NCBI GenBank assembly: GCA_052386455.1
Contig: JBQTKD010000034.1
Coordinates: 892 to 64,891, forward strand
DNA: 64,000 nt
From: Sporichthyaceae bacterium
GTDB taxonomy: Bacteria > Actinomycetota > Actinomycetes > Sporichthyales > Sporichthyaceae
Reading direction: 5' to 3'
Made by a program: the position numbers and the translations under genes
Notes under the pieces: generated by a model
Databases searched by the model: none
Told to the model about the DNA's origin: nothing
The model's input: the letters and a program-made list of their open reading frames with translations, nothing else
In this document: piece by piece, positions 29,624 to 37,917 of the stretch
Layout: every line of letters begins with the position of its first letter
Numbering within the stretch: position 1 is the first letter of the stretch

Positions 29624-29956
29624 ATGGCGTTGGTCGCCACCGTGACGACCGTCCTGTTGGTTCCGCTCAGCGCCGGCGCAGCACACGGCGACGACCCGCC
29701 CGGCGCGGGCGCCCCGCCGGGGGCAGGTGCCCCGCCCGGCACCCCGGCACCGCCGAACGTCGAGCCCAACGTCGAGCCGCCGGGCCTTCCGGCCGGCACG
29801 TGCTCGGTGGTCGACACGCTCGCCTCCTCGCAGGACAACGCGTGCAAGGAGTCCGACAAGAAGTGGGACGACGACGAGCCCGACAAGTTCGACGAGAAGG
29901 AAGCGGACGAGAAGAGCGGCTTCCCGTTCAACGACGACGACGGCGACGACGACTGA
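29624..29956 (+). CDS. Small secreted, highly acidic protein
   Basis: ORF 29585..29956(+). The start is either the TTG at 29600 (GGGGGAGGA upstream) or the ATG at 29624. Signal peptide MALVATVTTVLLVPLSAGAAHG. A GAGAPPGAGAPPG repeat is followed by the Asp/Glu-rich tail DDDEPDKFDEKEADEK...NDDDGDDD. Confidence 0.55.
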   Translation: MALVATVTTVLLVPLSAGAAHGDDPPGAGAPPGAGAPPGTPAPPNVEPNVEPPGLPAGTCSVVDTLASSQDNACKESDKKWDDDEPDKFDEKEADEKSGFPFNDDDGDDD

Positions 29957-29972
29957 GCCCATCTCGAACTCT

Positions 29973-30006
29973 GCAACGCCCCGGAACGAACGTTCCGGGG
30001 CGTTGC
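29973..30006 (+). terminator. Perfect 34-nt palindrome/hairpin
   Basis: GCAACGCCCCGGAACG-AA-CGTTCCGGGGCGTTGC at 29973-30006. It lies 17 nt after the acidic-protein stop and 42 nt before the next start. Confidence 0.7.
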
Positions 30007-30047
30007 TGCGTCCTAGGCTCCGAAGGTGTCGTAGCGAGGGGGTAGCG

Positions 30048-30911
30048 GTGTCCGCGGTCGGTCTGGCGGTGCGCGCGGCGGCAGTGTCGGCGCTCGGGTT
30101 CGCGTTGGTGCCGGTGCTCGGGGCGAACCCGGCGATGGCGTGCAGCTGCATCCAGAGCACGGAGCAGGAGAACTACGACCGCGCGGACGTGGTGTTCCGC
30201 GGCACGATGGACGACGTCGAGGCCGCGAACGACCGGTTCGGCGCCCGCGTCTTCGTGTTCACCCCGTCGACGACGTACAAGGGCAAGACCACCACGCCGC
30301 AGAAGGTCTCGACCGCCGGCGACAGCGCCATGTGCGGCGTGGACCTGACGGGCGCGGGACCGTTCCTGGTGTTCGCGAACAAGGCCGACGACGGCAAGGC
30401 GGCGCTGTCCACCTCGCTGTGCAGCGGCACCAGGGAGATCGAGTCGGACGAGGAGCCGGACTTCGAGGTCCCGGTGAACAAGTCGACGAAGGTGGACTCG
30501 GGCCCGCGCCAGCCCAAGGGCGACACCCCGGTCGCCGCACCGGACGACCCCGGCACCTCCGGCGGTGGCGCGGACCCGGTGGCTCCCCCGTGCTGCAAGC
30601 CGCTGGTCGACGAGTCCGACGGCGCCCCGACCTACCCCATGCCGCTCGTCGCCCCCGACGAGCGCGCCGACGGCGCCGTCGACTCCGACGATGCGCCGTC
30701 CGGCCCCGGCGTCGCTGCGATCGCGCCGGCCGACGACACCCCGTTGATGCTGCAGACCTCTGCGGTAGCGAGCGACTCTGCGGCCGCCGGCGAGTCCGCC
30801 CACGCCGCGGGCGACGACAGCACGAACTACCTGCCGTTCGCCGCCGCGGTCGCCGCGTTCGGTGCGGCCGGAATCGCCGGGCTCGGCTGGGCGCGGCGGC
30901 GCCGCAGCTGA
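30048..30911 (+). CDS. Exported, C-terminally TM-anchored TIMP/NTR-like (Cys-x-Cys N-terminus) protein, paralog 1
   Basis: Tail of ORF 29727..30911(+). The GTG at 30048 has GAGGGGG upstream. Signal peptide ...GANPAMA, then CSCIQ. Motifs ADVVFRGT, SAMCGVDLTGAGPFLVFAN and LCSGTREI. A long acidic/Pro-rich linker is followed by TM segment AAAVAAFGAAGIAGLGWARRRRS. Confidence 0.75.
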   Translation: MSAVGLAVRAAAVSALGFALVPVLGANPAMACSCIQSTEQENYDRADVVFRGTMDDVEAANDRFGARVFVFTPSTTYKGKTTTPQKVSTAGDSAMCGVDLTGAGPFLVFANKADDGKAALSTSLCSGTREIESDEEPDFEVPVNKSTKVDSGPRQPKGDTPVAAPDDPGTSGGGADPVAPPCCKPLVDESDGAPTYPMPLVAPDERADGAVDSDDAPSGPGVAAIAPADDTPLMLQTSAVASDSAAAGESAHAAGDDSTNYLPFAAAVAAFGAAGIAGLGWARRRRS

Positions 30912-31042
30912 GCTCGTCCTTCCTCGACCCGCCCCTGTCTCCTGGGACGGGTGGAGGCATTTTTCGGCGCACGGGCGGCGAACGTTTGCCGGTGCGAGCG
31001 CGCCCTGGTTGTCGAGCAGTAGCGTCCGATCGGGAGGTGCCC

Positions 31043-31672
31043 GTGCCCGCAACAAGGTTGGTCGCTCGCGCCGTGCTGGTGTCCGCGCTGACCGTGACCC
31101 TGGTCCCGGTGCTCGGCGCGAGCCCCGCGTTCGCGTGCAGCTGCGCCGGGTACTCCGAGGACAGCCAGGCCAAGCGGGACAAGCGGTATCTCGAGGACGC
31201 CGACGTGGTGTTCAAGGGCACCCTGCTCAAGGTCACGCCGCCCAAGCCGCGTAAGGGCGGGGTGTCCTACAGCGCGGACCCGGCGACCTACGAGTTCGAG
31301 GTCGGACGCGTCCACAAGGGCATCGCCTACGAGCGGACGAACGTGTCCTCTGCACAGTCTGGAGCGAGCTGCGGCATCGAGCTCTCTGGGCCCGGACCGT
31401 TCCTGGTGTTCGCCAACCGCGGCCAGGGCGGCACTCTGCAGGCGAACCTCTGCGGCGGTACCCGCGAGCTCGGACCGAAGGAGAACGTGGCCCTCGGTCC
31501 GGGCCGCGAACCCACGCGTGTGGTCCCCAAGAACGAACAGCCCGCGCCGCGCTCGAAGTCCGGCATCCCGAGCCAGGTGGCGGTCCCCCTGGTGGGTGGC
31601 CTGCTCACGGCGGTCGTCGCCTCCGCCGCCTGGGCCACCCGCCCCCGCTCCGTCGGCTCCCGCCGCCCCTGA
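31043..31672 (+). CDS. Exported, C-terminally TM-anchored TIMP/NTR-like (Cys-x-Cys N-terminus) protein, paralog 2
   Basis: Tail of ORF 30140..31672(+). The GTG at 31043 has GGGAGG 5 nt upstream. Signal peptide ...GASPAFA, then CSCAG. Motifs ADVVFKGT, GASCGIELSGPGPFLVFAN and LCGGTREL. A linker is followed by TM segment VAVPLVGGLLTAVVASAAWA and a basic tail. Confidence 0.75.
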   Translation: MPATRLVARAVLVSALTVTLVPVLGASPAFACSCAGYSEDSQAKRDKRYLEDADVVFKGTLLKVTPPKPRKGGVSYSADPATYEFEVGRVHKGIAYERTNVSSAQSGASCGIELSGPGPFLVFANRGQGGTLQANLCGGTRELGPKENVALGPGREPTRVVPKNEQPAPRSKSGIPSQVAVPLVGGLLTAVVASAAWATRPRSVGSRRP

Positions 31673-31811
31673 CCTGACGCACCCTCACACCCGCGCGCCC
31701 GGCGGCCGAGCCGAACCACCGCAACTCCAGCGACCGGTGGGCGCCCCTCGCACACCACCAGTTGCCGTTCCACGGCTGGGCCGACGCAAGACCAGGCGCC
31801 GGTGGCGTAGC

Positions 31812-32099
31812 TCAGAACGGCACGTTGCCGAAGGCGTCCCCGGCTGCGGTGAAGTCCGGCTTCCCGTATCCCGCCCGCCGCGCAGCCAGCGAGTGCCACC
31901 CAAACGCACCGACAACGGCTACCCCGCCGATAGACGCCGCGATCCAGAGTGTCGATCTCGTCGGGTTGGCGAGGTAGACGACCGCGCAGCCAAGCGCGAC
32001 GAGTACGGCGAGGTACAGCGGCCACACCGGCACGCGCGGCAGCGCGGACTCGGTTTCCGGTTCCGGCGTTGGGCCGGGCTCGCCCGAACTGACGTCCAC
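31812..32099 (-). CDS. Small two-TM membrane protein
   Basis: ORF 31812..32144(-), trimmed to the GTG at 32099 with GGGGGAGGAGG upstream. Helices VWPLYLAVLVALGCAVVYL and WIAASIGGVAVVGAFGW. Confidence 0.5.
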   Translation of the reverse strand: MDVSSGEPGPTPEPETESALPRVPVWPLYLAVLVALGCAVVYLANPTRSTLWIAASIGGVAVVGAFGWHSLAARRAGYGKPDFTAAGDAFGNVPF

Positions 32100-32249
32100 G
32101 GCTGCCTCCTCCCCCGATTGTGCGTCACCTCGACGACCCCGCATATCGACCGTTCAACCGACTGACGAGCACAGTGGCAACGGGCGGTGCAATCGGCACG
32201 CCATTTCCCGCCCCAGGTGTTGCTTCCATGCTCGAGGGTCAGGGCGTGA

Positions 32250-33668
32250 TTGATTGGCCGCGTGACCTCCGCCGACCTCCTCGTCCTCGGTGCCGGACCC
32301 GCGGGTCTGGCCGCAGCATGGCGTGCCGCGAGGGCGGGGCGGTCGGTGATCGTCCTGGAGGCCGCACCGCGGGTCGGCGGGATGGCCGCGAGTCTGGAGG
32401 TCGCGGGGTTCCGGGTGGACGTCGGGTCGCACCGGCTGCACCCGGCCACGCCGCCGCACCTGCTGGCGGACCTGCGGACGCTGATCGGCCGGGACCTGCA
32501 GCAGCGGCCGCGGCACGGGCGGCTGCGCGTCGCGAACAGCTGGGTCGGCTTCCCCCTCAAGCCACTCGAACTCGCCCGCGCCCTGCCGCCGCGACTGCTG
32601 GCCGGCCTCGCGCGCGACACGGCAACGGCTCCGCTGCGCAAGCCCGGCGACGACAGCTTCGCCGACGTGCTCCGCGCCGGGCTCGGTCCCGCGTTGTACG
32701 AGGAGCTCTACGCCCCGTACGCGCGCAAGCTCTGGGGCCTGGACGGCGAGCAGATCGACGGCGAGCAGGCCCGGCGCCGGGTCACCGCGGACACCCCGTG
32801 GAAGGTGCTCGGGAAAATGATCCGCCGCAACCGCGCCGGCGCCGGCCACTCCGGACCGGGCCAGGGCCGGATCTTTTACTACCCGCGGCACGGGTTCGGG
32901 CAGATCGTCGACGCGCTCGCCCAGGCCGCCACCGACGCCGGTGCGGACATTCGGACCGGCACGCTGGTGGACAAGGTCCTGCCCGGTAAAGAACCCGGCG
33001 TGCTGCTGGCCGACGAGACGCACCTGACGGCTCGTCACGTGTTCTCGACGATCCCGCTCCCCCGCCTCGCTCAGCTGACCCTGCCGGTCGCCCCGCAGGA
33101 GCTCACCAAGGCCGCCCGGCACCTGCGGTTCCGGGCGATGACGCTGGCCTACGTCGTGCATGCGGGCGGCCGGTGGACCGAGTACGACGCGCACTACCTG
33201 CCCGGCGCCCACACGCCGATCACCCGGATCTCCGAGCCGGCGAACTACCGCCGCAACCCCGACGACCCGACCGACCGGACGGTCCTGTGCGCCGAGATCC
33301 CGTGCTCGGTGGACGACGAGGCGTACTCGGCGAGCCCCGAGCGGCTCGGCGCGATCGTCGCGGAGGCGGCCGAGCAGACCGGGCTGCCGCCGTTGAACAT
33401 CTCCAGCGTCGAGGTGCTGCGCCTGCGCACCGTGTACCCGATCTACGAAGTCGGGTTCGCCGCCCGCCTCGCCCCGCTGGACGAGTGGGCGCGGGGGCTG
33501 GACGGGGTGACGACCTTCGGTCGCCTCGGGCTCTTTGCGCACGACAACACCCACCACGCGCTGGCCATGGCCTACGACGCCGTCGCCGCGCTGGGCCCCG
33601 ACGGTTTCGACCACGCCGCCTGGGCGCGTGCCCGCGACCGCTTCGACGCCCACGTCGTCGAGGACTGA
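32250..33668 (+). CDS. FAD/NAD(P)-binding oxidoreductase (amine-oxidase/protoporphyrinogen-oxidase-like fold)
   Basis: ORF 32250..33668(+). Dinucleotide-binding motif DLLVLGAGPAGLAAAWRAARAGRSVIVLEAAPRVGGMA. The start is uncertain: either the TTG at 32250 or the GTG at 32262. Confidence 0.8.
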   Translation: MIGRVTSADLLVLGAGPAGLAAAWRAARAGRSVIVLEAAPRVGGMAASLEVAGFRVDVGSHRLHPATPPHLLADLRTLIGRDLQQRPRHGRLRVANSWVGFPLKPLELARALPPRLLAGLARDTATAPLRKPGDDSFADVLRAGLGPALYEELYAPYARKLWGLDGEQIDGEQARRRVTADTPWKVLGKMIRRNRAGAGHSGPGQGRIFYYPRHGFGQIVDALAQAATDAGADIRTGTLVDKVLPGKEPGVLLADETHLTARHVFSTIPLPRLAQLTLPVAPQELTKAARHLRFRAMTLAYVVHAGGRWTEYDAHYLPGAHTPITRISEPANYRRNPDDPTDRTVLCAEIPCSVDDEAYSASPERLGAIVAEAAEQTGLPPLNISSVEVLRLRTVYPIYEVGFAARLAPLDEWARGLDGVTTFGRLGLFAHDNTHHALAMAYDAVAALGPDGFDHAAWARARDRFDAHVVED

Positions 33669-33803
33669 GCGCTGCGACCCCTCGGCGAGCGCGCAGCGGT
33701 AGTACCGCAACGCGTGGGGCGGCCCGCCGCCCACCCATCGCACCTCGGGTTGCGCTTGCACCGTTGCGCGTACGACGCCTCGGCGTACTTGCCGCGCCGG
33801 AGG

Positions 33804-35513
33804 CTATGCGTCGTAGGCCGGTGCAGCAGCCGAGTGAAGCGGCATCCTGGCGAGTGAAGCGGGGGGCTCGGGGGTGGGGGCCGCGTTGAGCTCGCGGTGC
33901 ACGGCGGGCACGACCTTGCGCAGGTACCGGCCGAGCTTGACGAACGAAGTGCCGGAGGTGCGAAAGGCGTACCGGATCGGGACTTCGGTGTAGACGAAGC
34001 CCTTGGCCAGCAGGTCGAGGGTGAGCACCTGGGCGTAGTTGTAGTCGTGGACGATCTCGGCCTCGGCGGCGGCGCGGGCGGAGAAGGCGCGGTACCCGCT
34101 CTGACCGTCCGTCAGGTCTCGGCGGCGGGTCAGCCACCGCACCCAGCGGGTGAGCACGAGGTTGCCCAGGCGCCGGTGGGGGCGCATGTGCTCGATCTGG
34201 CCGGCGAAGCGGGACCCGACCACGTAGTCCGCGGTCCCGGCGAGGACCGGTGCGACTACGACCCCGAGTTCGGTGGGGTCGTACTCGAGGTCCGCGTCGA
34301 GGTAGACGACGGCAGCCGGTTGCAGTGCGGACGCCGCCGCCAGGGCGGTGCGCACCGCGGCGCCGAGGCCGAGGTTGCGCGGGTGCGGGATGACCGTCGC
34401 GCCGGCCGCGGTGGCGCGGGCGGCGCTGTCGTCGGCGGAGCCGTCGTCCACGACCAGGCAGTGGACGGGGCGGCCGGCGACGGTGGTCGGGAGCCGGCGA
34501 ACGACCTCGGCGATCGTCTCGGCCTCGTCGTGCACGGGGATCACCGCAACGATCGGCGCGTCGAGCGCCACCGGGAGCGCCGGCGGCCGCGGCGGCAAAA
34601 GCCGTGGCAGGCGATAGCGCACGCGGGTGCGCTCGGGAACGGACCACCTGCGCCCGACGTAGGCCGGCGCCGGCAGCCACAGCGCCGGCGTGCCGAGCGC
34701 GAGGGAGTACAGGGTCTTCACGGCGTGCGTTGCCAGGGCGATCGCGAGACCCGTCGAGGCGGGGACGCCGAGCGCGGCCAGCGCCGCGGTTGCCGCGGCC
34801 TCGTAGGAGCCGATGCCACCGGGCGTGACCGCGAGGGTCTGGGCCGCGACGGCGACGGCCGTCACGGCAATGGCCTCGTGGTAGCCGAGCTCGATCCCGG
34901 CGGCGTTTGCGACCTGCCACACCAGCGCGGCCTCGAGCGCCCACGCGGCGAACACGGTGCCGCCGACCACGCCGAGCGGTACCCGCACGCCGGACCCGGG
35001 GCGCGCGGCCGCCCACCGGCGCAGGACGAGCAGGCCGCCCACGCCCGCGGCACCGGCCGCGAGGACGACGATCCACGCCCACCCGCCGATGAGGTCCACG
35101 GCGAGGCCGGGCACGGCGATCAAGGCGAGCAGCGCGACAGACGCGACGTCCGCCAGGCGCAGGCTCACGGTCGTCGCGGTGACGGTGCCCGCGGGCAGGT
35201 CGGTGCGGCGCAGGACCGAGGTGACGCGCAGCGCTTCCCCGAGCCGAAGCGGGAGGACGTGGTTGCCGAGCACGGAGACGTGCAGCGCGGCCCAGGCCTG
35301 GCCGAAGCTCAGGCCCGGCAGCACGCGGGTCCAGGCCCAGGCCCGCAGTCCAAACGCGGCGCCGTAGGCGATCAGCGCCAGCGCAACGCCGAGCGGTTCG
35401 GACACCAGGGCGTCCCAGGCGTCGGCGAGCACGGCGGCCTCGGCCACGTGCGCCAGGTACGCGACCGAGAGTCCAAGCGCCAGCAGGCCCAGGCCCGTTC
35501 GCGCGATGCGCAT
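33804..35513 (-). CDS. Fusion of a flippase-like (LPG-synthase TM/UPF0104) membrane domain with a family-2 glycosyltransferase
   Basis: ORF 33804..35579(-), trimmed to the ATG at 35513. The N-terminal ~320 aa are polytopic and contain PGGIGSYEAA. The C-terminal GT2 domain contains VIPVHDEAETI, VVDDGSAD and YLDADLEY. Confidence 0.8.
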   Translation of the reverse strand: MRIARTGLGLLALGLSVAYLAHVAEAAVLADAWDALVSEPLGVALALIAYGAAFGLRAWAWTRVLPGLSFGQAWAALHVSVLGNHVLPLRLGEALRVTSVLRRTDLPAGTVTATTVSLRLADVASVALLALIAVPGLAVDLIGGWAWIVVLAAGAAGVGGLLVLRRWAAARPGSGVRVPLGVVGGTVFAAWALEAALVWQVANAAGIELGYHEAIAVTAVAVAAQTLAVTPGGIGSYEAAATAALAALGVPASTGLAIALATHAVKTLYSLALGTPALWLPAPAYVGRRWSVPERTRVRYRLPRLLPPRPPALPVALDAPIVAVIPVHDEAETIAEVVRRLPTTVAGRPVHCLVVDDGSADDSAARATAAGATVIPHPRNLGLGAAVRTALAAASALQPAAVVYLDADLEYDPTELGVVVAPVLAGTADYVVGSRFAGQIEHMRPHRRLGNLVLTRWVRWLTRRRDLTDGQSGYRAFSARAAAEAEIVHDYNYAQVLTLDLLAKGFVYTEVPIRYAFRTSGTSFVKLGRYLRKVVPAVHRELNAAPTPEPPASLARMPLHSAAAPAYDA

Positions 35514-35628
35514 CCCCACGACGGCAGCTTTCCATGCAGGAGGGGCGACGTTGCCCAAGGCCAGGCTAACCTTGGGCACTTCCGAGGGCCGTCCGTGCCA
35601 AGCCCCCTCGGCCGCGCGGAGGCAACGG

Positions 35629-36537
35629 ATGACGGTGGTGGTGACCGGCTCGGCCGGGTTCCTCGGCCGTGCCGTGATCGCGCGCCTGGTGGCGCAGGGG
35701 CGCCCCGTACTCGGCGTCGACCGTCTACCCGCCCCGGTCCAGGGCCCCGGTCACCGCGAACTGTGCGTCGACCTGCTCGACGGCGACGCGCGAGCCACGG
35801 CGGCGCTGCGCAGCGCCCGTGGCGTGATCCACCTGGCGGGGTGCCCCGGCGTACGGGACCGTCGCCCGGACATCGCCTGGCTGCGGCACCGGGACAACGT
35901 GCTCGCCTCCGCCGCGGTGCTCGGGGCCGCGGGCCTCGAGGTGCCGGTAGTGGTCGCTACCTCGTCGTCGGTGTACGGCGGGACAGTCGAGGGCCGCGCA
36001 TGCAGGGAGGACGACCCGCTGCGCCCACGCGGTGGCTACGCCCGCAGCAAGGCCGCCGTCGAGTCGCTGTGCGAGGCCCACAACGCGGCCGGTGGCACCG
36101 TCGTCCTGGCTCGGCCGTTCACCGTGGCCGGCGAGGGCCAGCGCCCGGACATGGCGCTCGCGCTGTGGATCGAGGCCGCGCTCGCCGACCGCCCCCTGCG
36201 TGTACTGGGCAGCCTGGACCGCACCCGGGACATCACCGACGTCCGCCAGGTGGCCAGGGCCCTCGTCGACCTGCTCGACGCCGGAGTGCCGGGCCCGGTG
36301 AACGTCGGCACCGGCGTCGGCCACACGCTCTCCGCCATGATCGCCGCGGTCGGAGCGGAACTCGGCCGAGCCGTCTCGGTCGAGATCGAGCCGGCATCGC
36401 ACGACGAGGTCCGCGACACCCTCGCCGACACCACCCGCCTCCGCGAACTCGTCGGCTGGGCCCCGACCACCGACCTCCGCGCCCTCGTCGCCCGCCAGAT
36501 CACGACCGCCCCTACCCGGCACTACGCAATCGCCTGA
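35629..36537 (+). CDS. NAD-dependent epimerase/dehydratase (SDR family)
   Basis: Tail of ORF 35506..36537(+). The ATG at 35629 has GGAGG 7 nt upstream. Rossmann motif VVVTGSAGFLG. Catalytic YARSK. Confidence 0.85.
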   Translation: MTVVVTGSAGFLGRAVIARLVAQGRPVLGVDRLPAPVQGPGHRELCVDLLDGDARATAALRSARGVIHLAGCPGVRDRRPDIAWLRHRDNVLASAAVLGAAGLEVPVVVATSSSVYGGTVEGRACREDDPLRPRGGYARSKAAVESLCEAHNAAGGTVVLARPFTVAGEGQRPDMALALWIEAALADRPLRVLGSLDRTRDITDVRQVARALVDLLDAGVPGPVNVGTGVGHTLSAMIAAVGAELGRAVSVEIEPASHDEVRDTLADTTRLRELVGWAPTTDLRALVARQITTAPTRHYAIA

Positions 36538-36591
36538 CGCGGCGTCAAGAGCCGGGGAACACAGGCGATTGAGGCGAGCGGAGCGGAAGAG

Positions 36592-36613
36592 CCTGTTTGC
36601 GAGCTTGCGAGCG
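36592..36613. repeat. 22-nt exact repeat CCTGTTTGCGAGCTTGCGAGCG, copy 2
   Basis: Identical to 9168-9189. Here it forms the loop of the GGAAGAGCC (36585-36593) / GGCTCTTCC (36613-36621) stem. The ~43-nt repeat at 36624-36665 follows it. Confidence 0.8.
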
Positions 36614-36742
36614 GCTCTTCCGATTCCGAGCCGATTGAGCCTGTTGACGAGCGAAGCGCGGAACACGACAGCCGAAAAGGTTGCTCGAGCGCCCGGTTTG
36701 TCCAGGTTTGTGGAGCCGTTTCGGCTGACACGGCAGGCGAAA

Positions 36743-37747
36743 TCAGCCGGCGACGGGGGCGGTGTCTCCCATGCTGAGACGCTCGGCGTCGCCGGTGTAG
36801 CCGGAGCGGGCGGCGCGGCGGCCCGGCCCGAAGACCCAGGCCAGGAACAGCACCTCGGCCGTGACGCCGATGCCGATGCGCACCGGGGTCGCCCACCCCC
36901 GGCCGGTCACGAAGCCCTCGATCGTGCCCGCGACGGCCAAAACGACGACGAGCCCGAGCGCGACGGCCATGGCCGCCCGGGCGGTCTCGGCGAGCGCCTC
37001 GCCGCGGGTCCGCGGCCCCGGATCGATCCAGGCCCACCCGACGCGCAGCCCGACCCCGCAGGCGACGAACACCGCCGTCAGTTCGAGCAGACCGTGCGGC
37101 AGGAGGAGACCGAGGAAGGTGTCCAGCCGCCCCGCTTCCGACATCAGGCCGAGCGCGACGCCGAGGTTGGCCGCGTTCATCCAGACCACGTAGAACACGG
37201 GCACGATCAGCACCCCGAGCGTGATGCCGGCGGCCGCGACCCACGCGTTGTTGGTCCACACCTGGGCGGCGAAGGAGCCGCGGCCGTACTCGTAGTAGTA
37301 CGACTCGAACGAGCCCCCGGGGCGGGTGAGCTCGGCGTACTGCTCGGGGCTGACCGACGCCGCCTGCACCCCGGGATTGCTGTCCACCCAGATAGCGATC
37401 GCTACCGTAATGGCGAAGAACGCCGCCGCGACCCCCGCCCACCAGGGCCACGCCAGGTACACCGCGGCGGGGAACCGGCGCCGGAAGAAGTCCGCGACGT
37501 CCCGCCGTGCCGGAGTACTCGCCCCCGCCACCGCCGAGCGCGCCCGGGCCACCAGGGCGGACAGCCGGCCGAGCAGCGCCGGGTCCGGGGCAGCCGAGGA
37601 CAGGATCGACAGGTGCGTCGCGGTCTTCTGGTACAGCTCGACGAGTTCCTCCGCCTCGTCGCCGGACAGCCCGCCCGCGCGGTTCAGCAGGACGTCGAGG
37701 CGTTCCCATTCGCGGTTGTGCACCGCGACGAACGCGTCGATGTCCAC
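36743..37747 (-). CDS. Stage II sporulation protein M-like (SpoIIM family) polytopic membrane protein
   Basis: ORF 36743..37747(-). N-terminal helical domain MDIDAFVAVHNREWERLDVLL. TM helices follow, with the motif LLPHGLLELTAVFVACG. Confidence 0.8.
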   Translation of the reverse strand: MDIDAFVAVHNREWERLDVLLNRAGGLSGDEAEELVELYQKTATHLSILSSAAPDPALLGRLSALVARARSAVAGASTPARRDVADFFRRRFPAAVYLAWPWWAGVAAAFFAITVAIAIWVDSNPGVQAASVSPEQYAELTRPGGSFESYYYEYGRGSFAAQVWTNNAWVAAAGITLGVLIVPVFYVVWMNAANLGVALGLMSEAGRLDTFLGLLLPHGLLELTAVFVACGVGLRVGWAWIDPGPRTRGEALAETARAAMAVALGLVVVLAVAGTIEGFVTGRGWATPVRIGIGVTAEVLFLAWVFGPGRRAARSGYTGDAERLSMGDTAPVAG

Positions 37748-37917
37748 CCGCTCTCCCTCCCGGCCCCTCCGAGGCTAGCCCTCCAGCCAACAGATGACGT
37801 CCCATAGCCGTGCCTGTCGTACCGCCGGCGGTACGACAGGGGCCCGTACCGGATGTCATCCGATAACGGGGAGACGCTTGGTGAGCGCGAATCGGGGCGG
37901 CGAGGCACACTTGCCGC

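Noticed and set aside
30830-30911. LPxTG-type sortase signal in TIMP-like paralog 1 (..NYLPFAAAVAAFGAAGIAGLGWARRRRS)
   Set aside because: The hydrophobic helix and basic tail fit, but LPFAA is neither an LPxTG nor an LAxTG motif, and paralog 2 lacks anything similar. It is treated as a plain C-terminal membrane anchor.
26087-36742. The 10.6-kb synteny-breaking block as a genomic island or mobile element
   Set aside because: It has no integrase, transposase, tRNA target or flanking direct repeats. It also contains the essential proS gene. It is better described as a lineage-specific rearrangement or insertion of chromosomal genes.
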